From a virus, in IMG/VR virus record IMGVR_UViG_3300025137_000018, positions 62,380 through 126,379 of that record: 64,000 nucleotides of DNA, one strand, 5' to 3'. Below are positions 33,727-42,725 of this stretch, one piece after another (position 1 is the first letter of the stretch; each line of letters begins with the position of its first letter). The position numbers and the translations under genes were made by a program. The notes under the pieces were generated by a model. It was not told the DNA's origin and searched no databases. It saw only the letters and a list, made by a program, of their open reading frames with translations.

Positions 33727-35421
33727 TTACTGATTGGCTAGGTTTAGATCTCTACGTTTTCTAGAACCTCTAGTATTACTGAATGAGGTTGTAGTAGTAG
33801 TTGAATTGGATTGATTATTAACTTGTTGTACTACTATTTCTTTAGTGTACTCTTCTTTAATAGATTGATTTTCAGTAGATGTTTGATCAAGTTGTTCACC
33901 TGTCATAACCTGAGGACCAGCTCCTTCGATTTGATCAGTTGGTTCTGGAATTCTTGCACCTGTTTCTGGATCAAGACCTGCAAATTCGTATACTGAATCA
34001 GGAATAGCCTTTTGAATAAGATTCATTGGGTTATACCATTTTCCATCTCCTGCAGGGTCAGGTAGAATAAGTCTAAGTATAGCACCATAAAACTTTTTCA
34101 TCATATTACCTACTCCACTAACAAGCGATTTAAGTGCACCCATTGGATTACTAAATAGTGTTCCAAACCAATCTATAATACCAAATACTGCCTCTTTAAT
34201 TTTATCAAAGAGTTTACCGATCATATCTTTAAAGGAAAAGCTTTTAAGAGCTTCAGCACTATCGTCGAATCCAAACTTACCCATTAACCATGCAATACCA
34301 TCTTTAAGTAAATCTAAAGGCATACCAATTAATCCTTGTAGTAGTCCACTGATTCCACCGAATATACCAGCCATGATCTTTTTACCAAGGCCACCTTCTT
34401 GTTCTGTAAACCCTTTAATAGCACCTTTAACAGTATCGACAATACCCATTATAATTTGTATTGGTAAGAATAATTTACCAATAACTCTACCAAAGGATTT
34501 AAACGCTGTAAAGAATGTTTTGAATATTGATGTTATAGGTTTAAGGAATTTCTTTATAGGATCAAGTAGTTTAGATCCTTTAGATAAACCACCTAATGCG
34601 CCTTTAAATCCTGCAAATGCATTTTTAATAGCAGCAAATGCTTTAGTAATACCTGTAAATTTACCTATGGATTTAAGTGCATTAACACCTTTAGCTAAGA
34701 GAGCCCCTAACTTACCAAAGAATCCTAACTTACCAAATGCACCTACTGAAGTTCTAAATGTTTTTAAACCAGCAAATCCAGCTTTAAATGCTTTAGGTAT
34801 ATCCTTAAAGAAGTTTTTAAAAGTTTTAGCTGCAGCAGTAATGGAGGTTCTAATACCTTTTAATAGATTGGCTGTTTTAGGAAAAGCTTTAGCCAATGAT
34901 GCACCAAGCTTGGTAAATCCAAGTTTAAGTACTTTAGCAAAACCACCAAGAATTAATTTAACATTACTTAAAAGACCAGCTGCGATACCTACGCCTAATC
35001 CTAATAGTGCGCCACCAATAGCTGCAACAAATCCACCTGCAGCTTGGCCTATTCCATCAAATGTAATATTTTCTGCTTTAGGAATAGTGTTATCGAATAT
35101 ACCTTCAAGGTAACCAAGCATTTGGCTAAATATATTTCCTGATTCTCTATCGTTTTCTGCATCTTTACCTTTTTTAGCCAGGTCTGCATCTCTTACTTGA
35201 TCTTGAATTTGTACACTCTTTTCAGAAGCAACGGTTAACGCTTCAGCTGCAGCAACCTGATCAGCATTCATGTTTAAACCTACCTGTAACAATGCTTGTT
35301 GCTTAGCCGATTCATCCTTAATGGATTTATCAGTAGTGTCTTGAGTCTTATCAACCTCTTCAAGCTTTTTAACAACCTCGGTTAATAATCCTGGAACTGT
35401 TTTACCGGTATCTTTTGCCAT
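33727..35421 (-). CDS. tail tape-measure / baseplate hub protein (gp29-like)
   Basis: 564 aa, helical Ala/Gly/Lys/Phe-rich with hydrophobic segments; downstream of gp26/gp51. Confidence 0.65.
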   Translation of the reverse strand: MAKDTGKTVPGLLTEVVKKLEEVDKTQDTTDKSIKDESAKQQALLQVGLNMNADQVAAAEALTVASEKSVQIQDQVRDADLAKKGKDAENDRESGNIFSQMLGYLEGIFDNTIPKAENITFDGIGQAAGGFVAAIGGALLGLGVGIAAGLLSNVKLILGGFAKVLKLGFTKLGASLAKAFPKTANLLKGIRTSITAAAKTFKNFFKDIPKAFKAGFAGLKTFRTSVGAFGKLGFFGKLGALLAKGVNALKSIGKFTGITKAFAAIKNAFAGFKGALGGLSKGSKLLDPIKKFLKPITSIFKTFFTAFKSFGRVIGKLFLPIQIIMGIVDTVKGAIKGFTEQEGGLGKKIMAGIFGGISGLLQGLIGMPLDLLKDGIAWLMGKFGFDDSAEALKSFSFKDMIGKLFDKIKEAVFGIIDWFGTLFSNPMGALKSLVSGVGNMMKKFYGAILRLILPDPAGDGKWYNPMNLIQKAIPDSVYEFAGLDPETGARIPEPTDQIEGAGPQVMTGEQLDQTSTENQSIKEEYTKEIVVQQVNNQSNSTTTTTSFSNTRGSRKRRDLNLANQ

Positions 35422-35430
35422 TTTTTATTC

Positions 35431-35751
35431 CTATTTTTTACCGTAAGCTTGTGCACCAAAGAATGCTGCAACAATACCTGCGACAGCTACAAAGTATGTT
35501 GGAGCCATACTTCCAAGAGTTTTTTGTGCTTCGTCTAGTCCAACCAAAGATGCGAGTACTACCGCAAATGGGTATAACAATAATCCACCTAATGCAAACC
35601 AAGTCATCTTGCGCTGTGCATCTCGCATAGCATCTTGATCATCTAACTCTTTTCTTTTAAACTCTAAATACATATCATGCTCTTCCTTGGAAACTTTTCC
35701 ATCTCCATTGGTATCAGCAGGATGTGATTGATTTTTAATTTCTTCTTCCAT
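35431..35751 (-). CDS. two-TM membrane protein with EF-hand-like loop
   Basis: DTNGDGKVSKEE followed by two hydrophobic helices. Confidence 0.7.
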   Translation of the reverse strand: MEEEIKNQSHPADTNGDGKVSKEEHDMYLEFKRKELDDQDAMRDAQRKMTWFALGGLLLYPFAVVLASLVGLDEAQKTLGSMAPTYFVAVAGIVAAFFGAQAYGKK

Positions 35752-35894
35752 TATCGGTTCCTTTTTTGTTGCTCTTTTTGCAACCTTTCGTTCTCTTCTT
35801 TAATATGTTCCTGTAGGAGAGCGACATATATCTCTCGTTCCCACGGTACCATGTTGTCAAGTTCACTTAACCTATATCCGTGATGTTGCATCAT
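35751..35894 (-). CDS. gp51: gp51-like hub assembly protein; probably the -1 frame extension of gp26 (not in ORF track)
   Basis: MMQHHGYRLSELDNMVPWEREIYV..L; the frame stays open upstream through the T7 run at 35948-35954. Confidence 0.75.
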   Translation of the reverse strand: MMQHHGYRLSELDNMVPWEREIYVALLQEHIKEENERLQKEQQKRNR

Positions 35895-35941
35895 CGCGAA
35901 GTTAGTTTTATAATGGTTTACTAAACTATCGTGAGAGAGGC

Positions 35942-36646
35942 TTATGTAAAAAAACTCTGCAGTCCTCTCAACTCGATTTCGTTCTTCTTATCGCACTTAA
36001 TACAATTAAATTCTATCGTATGTTTTAACACCGGTAGGTTTTCAAAGAACGTTGTAAGTGCACCAAATTGCACATTGTTTAATCCATCTAAAAATTCTGT
36101 TAACGACTTATCCGTTTCATCTTTAGCTGGGTAAACTTTATCATCATCGTATATACCATCAATACAACTTTTAATTAATTTAAAAGCACCATCAACAGTT
36201 TCTAATTCACCTTCTTTAAATTTCTCTAAATCAGCTGCCTTAGGGTAATTAAACTTAACACTAATTGTATCAGTTAATTCTACCATTCTGTTGGTGTTAA
36301 CCTCAGGTGGTTGTATATCGCTTAAGTTAATTGTGTAAGGGTTTATTGTTTCACATTCACTACATTTAGAGTTAAGTGATACAATCTCTCCTACAGATTT
36401 AGCTCTTAAGCTTAAGAATAAACTTTCTATATCAAATATAGCTAGTTTTTCCATGTTAATATCATCAAGTACACATGCCTTAATTACATCTTTTACAGCT
36501 CTTAATACTTGTTGTTGGTCACTAGATTCTAATGCAATCATTAGTATCTTTTCTTCCTTAACCAAGTATGGTCTGTATTCTATAGTTTGTCCTGTTGATG
36601 GAACTATTGTTTCATACCTAGAACTATTCAGTTTTGGTAAAGCCAT
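35942..36646 (-). CDS. gp26: baseplate hub assembly protein gp26-like
   Basis: MALPKL, YRPYLVKEEKILMIA.ES, FDIESLFL.LRAKSVGE, two CxxC pairs, GLQSFF end. Confidence 0.88.
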   Translation of the reverse strand: MALPKLNSSRYETIVPSTGQTIEYRPYLVKEEKILMIALESSDQQQVLRAVKDVIKACVLDDINMEKLAIFDIESLFLSLRAKSVGEIVSLNSKCSECETINPYTINLSDIQPPEVNTNRMVELTDTISVKFNYPKAADLEKFKEGELETVDGAFKLIKSCIDGIYDDDKVYPAKDETDKSLTEFLDGLNNVQFGALTTFFENLPVLKHTIEFNCIKCDKKNEIELRGLQSFFT

Positions 36647-36668
36647 TATATATTTCTCCTAATATAAA

Positions 36669-37295
36669 TTATAATCCAAGTGCAGCACCGGCTCCGGATA
36701 TAGCACTTGTTAACCCATCTTCTACAACATATTTATCGTATGAAAATGTCACGGTCAGTTTGTTTGGAGTATCAGCTGTTTCATTTGAAAGAGCAACACC
36801 TCCAATTGTTGTTGGAAATGCATTTTCCAACTTCACTCCATAAATAGGAATGTTCTGTTTGTTCAGTTGCTGTATTACAACATCTGTAACAATATCTTTT
36901 TTATAAGCAACTCTGTATGTTTCTAGGTCAATGATTGATTGACCCCATTTATCAAACATGTTCTTAATGTAATAATCATTGGTAAGCAAGAATGTCATAG
37001 TGACCTCTTCTTGTATTACTGCGTATGGTATCTTAACACTTTGTTTTTCTGCAATATGGTCAAGTGTAGTTATCTGTGAGCTTGGTAGATTAACTGATTC
37101 TGCAAGGAGTGATATATCCCTAGGATCGTTTACAATATTTGAGAGTCCACCACCAGAAGCCAAGCCACCAATAAGAGTAGCAGGGTCACTATTTAAAAGA
37201 GATCCTTGTGGGGGTGTGAACATTACATTAAACCTGTTGGCCTGTGATAATCCACCTTTTTTACTTATTGTAGCTTTTAATTGGTCAATTGACAT
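36669..37295 (-). CDS. tail tube initiator / tube-fold protein (gp54-like)
   Basis: GG...NRF.V, SVNLP, V.MTF.L..DY, F..W, L.NAFP..IG...LS, L.VTFSY. Confidence 0.75.
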   Translation of the reverse strand: MSIDQLKATISKKGGLSQANRFNVMFTPPQGSLLNSDPATLIGGLASGGGLSNIVNDPRDISLLAESVNLPSSQITTLDHIAEKQSVKIPYAVIQEEVTMTFLLTNDYYIKNMFDKWGQSIIDLETYRVAYKKDIVTDVVIQQLNKQNIPIYGVKLENAFPTTIGGVALSNETADTPNKLTVTFSYDKYVVEDGLTSAISGAGAALGL

Positions 37296-37298
37296 AAG

Positions 37299-37889
37299 TT
37301 ATCCTGCGTATTGTTTCCTTGAGTATCTCCATACTGATTCTTTCTTAACTTTCATAAACTGTTCAGTTGGTAAGAATACTGCGATTTCCCACTCTGGCAT
37401 TGGTACTCTTGCCATCCTAGATGCAACATGGCCCATCAGATAATGTTTATAACATGGTTGAAACTCTTTGTATTTTGCAACACCAGTCAGTAGTTTATAC
37501 CTCATCTTGGTTAAACGTGTACTGTCTGTCATTTTCTTTGGTGCTAATTCCATTAACTCATCAAGGAATTGTGCTCTTACTCTTGGTGAGAGATAATGTA
37601 AGTTTAACCCATGAAATCCACCCTTAGCTGGTTGCACCATAATAGTTAGAGGGAATCTATCGTAATATGGTAGAGTTGCTTTGGTCTTAGGATCATAGAA
37701 GTACATCATCATATCACCAATCTGTGGCTTTGTTGTAGGGTCTAATGCTTTATCTTTAAGGACCGTCCTTGGTGATACATCTCCTAATTCCTTTACCTTA
37801 CGCTCAAACCATTGACTCGATTTTTTGGTCCGTGCTTGGACTCCAGCTCTAAAAGCGCCTGTTTGTAATGTGTTAAATAAACTAGCCAT
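37299..37889 (-). CDS. gp2: DNA end protector gp2
   Basis: YFYDPKTK..LPYYDRFPL, GLNLHYL, PCYKHYL..HV, LPTEQF. Confidence 0.93.
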   Translation of the reverse strand: MASLFNTLQTGAFRAGVQARTKKSSQWFERKVKELGDVSPRTVLKDKALDPTTKPQIGDMMMYFYDPKTKATLPYYDRFPLTIMVQPAKGGFHGLNLHYLSPRVRAQFLDELMELAPKKMTDSTRLTKMRYKLLTGVAKYKEFQPCYKHYLMGHVASRMARVPMPEWEIAVFLPTEQFMKVKKESVWRYSRKQYAG

Positions 37890-37894
37890 AATAC

Positions 37895-37902
37895 TATTTA
37901 TA
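37895..37902 (-). promoter_or_regulatory. T4-type late promoter
   Basis: TATAAATA on the minus strand upstream of gp2. Confidence 0.75.
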
Positions 37903-38346
37903 TCAATTCTTTAGTAGTTTTATGCCTAAATTCTTTAAAGTGTCCTCAGTCCATACCTGAAATTTCCATCCTTTCCTTTGTGCAAACTTATCAGCTGCAG
38001 TCCATTTGGATGTATTTTTGATATAGGTTGTGACCTCGTTGATATACTTCTTAGTTTTTCTTTGTTTCTTAGGTGCAACAGTATGTTTCTTTGGCTTTAT
38101 TTCAACCAATATACACTCACCATTATCCATTTCAATAAAGAGATCTATAAAGTATCGATGTAGTTTCTGATCTGTCTTGCACTTATAGGGTATAACAACC
38201 TCTTCACTGTTCCATTTTACTATTCTAGGATTGCTTTCACACCATTTCATGGCCTGGCGTTCCCACATAGAGCGATATGTTACCTTGGTTGAATCACCAA
38301 TATACTTTGATTTGTTCTTTACTGTGTATTTACCCTTGTAAGCCAT
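37903..38346 (-). CDS. gp4: head completion nuclease gp4
   Basis: MAYKGKY...N..KY.GD, YRSMWE, W.SEE..IPY, HRYF.D, VEIKP, KW.AA. Confidence 0.93.
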   Translation of the reverse strand: MAYKGKYTVKNKSKYIGDSTKVTYRSMWERQAMKWCESNPRIVKWNSEEVVIPYKCKTDQKLHRYFIDLFIEMDNGECILVEIKPKKHTVAPKKQRKTKKYINEVTTYIKNTSKWTAADKFAQRKGWKFQVWTEDTLKNLGIKLLKN

Positions 38347-38387
38347 ATAAATAGATATACCAAATAAGTTATTTAATACTATTTATA
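38346..38387. promoter_or_regulatory. face-to-face pair of late promoters for the divergent gp4 and gp48 genes
   Basis: TATAAATA at 38346-38353 (+) and 38380-38387 (-). Confidence 0.75.
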
Positions 38388-38398
38388 CGGACAAAAAC

Positions 38399-39139
38399 AT
38401 GAAAATTTTAACGTTTCCAAAACATTTAAGAAAGCAGATTGATGATGGCAGTGCAGCTCATATATCATTTCAAGTGTTTCCAAAAGATAACCCTGAAGGT
38501 GGTGCAAAAGTACATCTTTATATGCCATCTGGTATATCAGTACCAGACTCAGCTGGTTATACATCAGTAGATCTTGGTGCAATTGGTGCTGCAAAATCTG
38601 CAGGTACTGGAGAAGCTGAGATGACTGAAGCTGATATTGCAATCGGTGGCCTTAATCTACTTAAAGGTAAAGGCAGTACTGCAGAAGCTTTTTCAACAAC
38701 TGCAGGATTAGAGAAGGGTATTGTATCTAATCCATTTACAAATATTGCGTTTCAATCTACAACTGTTCGTACATTTGCATTTACATTTAAATTAGTATCA
38801 GAATCTGCAGATGAAGCTGAAGAAGCACGACTGATTGAAAACTTTTTTAGAAAGAATCTATACCCTAAGAAGTTAGGAGTGTTTGCATTACAATATCCAC
38901 CAACATTTAAGATCAGAATGTATACATCAGGTTCAGAGGAATCTAAATTTCTACCATTTATTCAAGATTGTTATCTGGTAAATGCAACAACTTCATATAA
39001 CGAAACTGCAAACATATTCCATGCAGATGGTGCACCGGTTGAAACCTCTATTGCACTATCATTCCAGGAAACAAAAAACCTTACACGTGATGACCTATAT
39101 GGTACAAGTGAAGGGTACGATCAGATACGAGGTAGATAA
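38399..39139 (+). CDS. gp48: baseplate tail-tube cap gp48-like
   Basis: LYMP, NP.....F.....RTF.FTFKL..ES..EA, YPP.F.I, G.PV...IALSFQE. Confidence 0.8.
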   Translation: MKILTFPKHLRKQIDDGSAAHISFQVFPKDNPEGGAKVHLYMPSGISVPDSAGYTSVDLGAIGAAKSAGTGEAEMTEADIAIGGLNLLKGKGSTAEAFSTTAGLEKGIVSNPFTNIAFQSTTVRTFAFTFKLVSESADEAEEARLIENFFRKNLYPKKLGVFALQYPPTFKIRMYTSGSEESKFLPFIQDCYLVNATTSYNETANIFHADGAPVETSIALSFQETKNLTRDDLYGTSEGYDQIRGR

Positions 39140-39141
39140 AC

Positions 39142-39969
39142 ATGTCATTCTTTAAACAATTTCCAACACAAAGCTATGATTTTAACCGTGATGGTATTAT
39201 ACAACAGGTAGTTGACATATATCGATCAGTCAGAATTGAAGGCTCAAGCATTGACAACCCAGCCTTATACCTAAACTATAACATTAAAGATGGTGAAAGG
39301 CCTGACATTGTATCTCAAAGGTTGTATAATACACCAGAATATTACTGGACATTCTTTGTCATTAACGAAATATTGCATGATGGCATGAGAGCATGGCCAA
39401 TGAGTCGTAGTGTAATGGAAGATTACCTTGCAGAAGAATATAGCGGTGTCGTTATTACAACAAACCCTGTTACAGTAACCAATACTGACCTTGGTGTTAC
39501 AACATTTAGAGACTCACTTGCAGGTAGATTTAGATTAAATGAAACAATCACAGGCCAGGCGGCTTTACATAACAACAATCCACCAACAGGTACACTAGTT
39601 AAAAAGGATATTGACCTTAATCAATTAGTATTAAAGGACGTAACAGGTACATTTATTGGTGATCCTGACCTTACATCTAACAGCTCTGAAACAATTTCTG
39701 GTAATCTTTCTAATGATAGTGTCAACACCTTTAGAGTATATCCCTACAGAGATGCACCACATCATTGGCATTTGATTACTGATACAGATAAAAGACCAAC
39801 AGACAATGGTGTATATGTTAACGGTGGTACATCTATAAACGATATTACATACCAATCTAATCAATCATTTGTATTTGATTTAAATGAGAAAAGATCTAGC
39901 ATTCGGGTCATATCACCACAATATATCGATAGATTCGTAGAAGATTTTGAGACTATGATTAATGAGTAA
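39142..39969 (+). CDS. gp53: baseplate wedge gp53
   Basis: MSFFKQFP, Y.IKDGERPDIVS..LY....YYW, WP, NEKRSSIRVI. Confidence 0.88.
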   Translation: MSFFKQFPTQSYDFNRDGIIQQVVDIYRSVRIEGSSIDNPALYLNYNIKDGERPDIVSQRLYNTPEYYWTFFVINEILHDGMRAWPMSRSVMEDYLAEEYSGVVITTNPVTVTNTDLGVTTFRDSLAGRFRLNETITGQAALHNNNPPTGTLVKKDIDLNQLVLKDVTGTFIGDPDLTSNSSETISGNLSNDSVNTFRVYPYRDAPHHWHLITDTDKRPTDNGVYVNGGTSINDITYQSNQSFVFDLNEKRSSIRVISPQYIDRFVEDFETMINE

Positions 39970-41266
39970 TCAACATTTCATACAATCAGGTACAAGTAAG
40001 AGTATTATACCCTCTTCATATCAGTTAAAGACTGCAACAATTGTATCAAATAGTGGTAAGGAGTTCAATATAATCGATCTGGTCGATTCATTTACTGTCC
40101 TAGAATCACTCTATCAATCGTCTATTACGGTCAATCTAGTGATTGCAGATGGGGTTTCATTCCTTGAAGCTGCACGAATAACAGGTAGCGAAGAGATTAT
40201 ATTAGGTGTAACGCATACTTCTTTAAACGATAATAAGAAAAAACAATTCAATTTCTCAGTGTTTATCTCTGAGATCTATAATCATTCCAAGCCTAAGCCA
40301 GGGTTACAGGTATATGAGATAGAAGCATTCTCTGAACACATGTACATTTCACATACAAAACGAATGGTAAAACCCTTTGGAGGAACACTTGCATCATCAA
40401 TCAAAGAGTTGATACGAGACGCAGGAGTGTCAAGAACTCATATTGTAGAGACAGATTCAAAGAGTACTGTTGAAGGTATATACCCTAGATTACATCCATT
40501 AGAGGCGATATCCTGGTTAATGCGTAATACATTTGATAAAGGAACACCATATTTCTTTTATGAGACCGCAAAAGATGGTGTCAGTCTACGCTCATATGCA
40601 TCTTTGTTAAATGACGAAGTGTACGATACCTATAATCATTTTCCATACTTTAAATCACAGATAGGAGATGAAGAGTATTATGAAGAAGCACGTAAAAAGA
40701 TACAAAAGCTTTCATCTGATTTAGATCTATCGCAACTTGCAACACTGGCTTCCGGCGGTTATTCCTCTACATTAACAGATATTGATATTGCAACAAAGAC
40801 AGTAACAACTTCTGTGATGAAAGCAGACGATAATGCAACACGATTAAATGAACATCCGGTCTACGCCGATGCATCACAATTTGGATCTGTATTATTAAAA
40901 GAAGCCACTGATTCACATCACCATTATGTATCAACAAATAGTAAAGCATTTGATTCAGATAACTATTCAAATGCATCATCACCGACCGTAATGAATCAAC
41001 AGGCCACGCTACAAACTTTAGATGCATTAACGCAACGGATTACACTGGCTGGCGATCTAAATCTTACTGTTGGTAGTATCATATACCTTGAGATTCCTCG
41101 TACACAAGATCCAAGTGAAATAAAAGGTAACATAAAGATGGATAAAATGCTAAGCGGTAGACATATAGTAACACAAATAGAACATTCTTTTGACGAAGAG
41201 TATAACATGACCGTATATTGCAATAAAGATTCTTATATAATGGACATGAATGGAGAGACAGAGTAA
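39962..41266 (+). CDS. baseplate hub protein (gp27-like)
   Basis: Position before gp5; ESL...I, YFFYET, GD..L.VG, SGR.IVT.I.H.F. Confidence 0.65.
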   Translation: MSNQHFIQSGTSKSIIPSSYQLKTATIVSNSGKEFNIIDLVDSFTVLESLYQSSITVNLVIADGVSFLEAARITGSEEIILGVTHTSLNDNKKKQFNFSVFISEIYNHSKPKPGLQVYEIEAFSEHMYISHTKRMVKPFGGTLASSIKELIRDAGVSRTHIVETDSKSTVEGIYPRLHPLEAISWLMRNTFDKGTPYFFYETAKDGVSLRSYASLLNDEVYDTYNHFPYFKSQIGDEEYYEEARKKIQKLSSDLDLSQLATLASGGYSSTLTDIDIATKTVTTSVMKADDNATRLNEHPVYADASQFGSVLLKEATDSHHHYVSTNSKAFDSDNYSNASSPTVMNQQATLQTLDALTQRITLAGDLNLTVGSIIYLEIPRTQDPSEIKGNIKMDKMLSGRHIVTQIEHSFDEEYNMTVYCNKDSYIMDMNGETE

Positions 41267-41988
41267 TGATTAGCCGTAAAGAAGATCAATTCATATCACC
41301 AGATAACAACTTTGTATGGTTTACAGGTATCGTAGAAGACGTAAGTGATCCATTATACATGAATAGAGTACGTGTTAGGTGCATTGGTTACCATACAACT
41401 GACAAGGGAGTATTACCTACAGATAAACTACCATGGGCTACAGTGATGATGGGTAATGACGTTGCAAGTGTTGCAGGGGTCGGAAAAAACCATAGTTGCC
41501 GGGTTGATTCATGGATCCTAGGCTTCTTCCGAGATGGCAAAAGCGCACAGGATCCAATCATATTAGGGACCATAACAAGTAGCACAGGAGGCGTATCCGA
41601 TATTCCACCAGAGGCGCATGTCAATGGTAACACAAATCATGTACATAGAACAGAGGCAGGTCATCTAATAGAGTATGATAACACTCCTAATAACAATCGG
41701 ATTAATATAACGCACTCTAGCGGGACAACTATTAATATTAATAACGCAGGAGATGTGGAGATTAATAGTGTATCTGATGTTGTTAGTATAGATGGCAACA
41801 CTACAATCACTGGTACACTGCATGTAACAGAGGCGACTACTTGTGCAGAAGAGATTACAGCGAAGAGTACAGGCGAAGAGAGTGTTACACTAACAGGACA
41901 TACACATACAGAAGTGCCAGGTACAGGTGGGGCAAGTTCTCCTACACCAGCAACGGCACAGACTAAGAAGCCAACGGCAGGTACATAA
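41266..41988 (+). CDS. gp5: short baseplate central spike gp5 (OB-fold plus beta-helix, no lysozyme domain)
   Basis: WFTGIVED..DP....RVRVRC.GYH, LPWA, GFF.DG..AQ.P.ILG, TEAGHLIEYDNTP, C-terminal L.GHTH. Confidence 0.9.
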   Translation: MISRKEDQFISPDNNFVWFTGIVEDVSDPLYMNRVRVRCIGYHTTDKGVLPTDKLPWATVMMGNDVASVAGVGKNHSCRVDSWILGFFRDGKSAQDPIILGTITSSTGGVSDIPPEAHVNGNTNHVHRTEAGHLIEYDNTPNNNRINITHSSGTTININNAGDVEINSVSDVVSIDGNTTITGTLHVTEATTCAEEITAKSTGEESVTLTGHTHTEVPGTGGASSPTPATAQTKKPTAGT

Positions 41989-42023
41989 TGAGTACTACCT
42001 CTGCCCCCCATAGAACCTATTAT

Positions 42024-42052
42024 ATTATACCATACTTTCGAGCAAATGTACA
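42024..42052 (-). promoter_or_regulatory. early-type promoter firing antisense into gp5
   Basis: Minus strand GGAAACAC-TGTACA-N17-TATAAT with TG extension; same consensus as the + strand promoters. Confidence 0.8.
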
Positions 42053-42253
42053 GTGTTTCCGGAGATTATATGAGGCATCTGTGTACGCATATTGGCCATT
42101 ATATACGAGGGGAAATGCATGCAGCGGTGGCGGGGGGCTAGTACATGCATGTTCTTCGATATGAATCTGAGTTTTGCTTCGATATGCATTATATAAAAAA
42201 AATTTCTCGAGAAAAATTTCTTCCTAGAACCTTGTCAACTATAACACAAAGGA

Positions 42254-42261
42254 TATAAATA
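42254..42261 (+). promoter_or_regulatory. T4-type late promoter
   Basis: TATAAATA upstream of gp25. Confidence 0.75.
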
Positions 42262-42266
42262 GATAC

Positions 42267-42719
42267 ATGGGAACAGTTAATAGACACAATGCAGGATTCG
42301 TTATATCAGATAGTGAGACCTCTTCACGTACCTCTCGTAAGAAAGGATGGGCTGACCTTGATCTATCTCTCTATATAAATGATAAGACAAAAGATCTTTA
42401 TATACCACAGGATGAACAGGCAATACGTAATGCAGTAAAGAACTTATTGTTATCTAACTTTTATGATAGGCCTTTTGCTCCAACACTTGGTGCGAATATG
42501 AGAGGGTTGTTATTTGAACCTGCTGATACCATAACAAAGATAGCATTAAAAGAGAATATAGAGAATGTATTGCGTATACATGAGGGAAGGATTGAATTAT
42601 ATAATGTGTTTATTGATGATCTGGCAGATGATAACGCATATAGAATAACCGCACACTATAATATAAAGGAGTACGATATAGAACAAGAAGTTGAATTAGT
42701 ACTTCGAAGACTAAGGTAA
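42267..42719 (+). CDS. gp25: baseplate wedge gp25
   Basis: DLDL, AIRNAVKNLL..N..DRPF.P..G, LLFEP, L.RLR. Confidence 0.92.
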   Translation: MGTVNRHNAGFVISDSETSSRTSRKKGWADLDLSLYINDKTKDLYIPQDEQAIRNAVKNLLLSNFYDRPFAPTLGANMRGLLFEPADTITKIALKENIENVLRIHEGRIELYNVFIDDLADDNAYRITAHYNIKEYDIEQEVELVLRRLR

Positions 42720-42725
42720 AGAATT

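Noticed and set aside
34373-35113. 246-aa plus-strand ORF
   Set aside because: Antisense shadow of the tape-measure-like gene; Pro/Asn/Ala bias mirrors its Gly/Phe/Ala codons; no RBS or promoter
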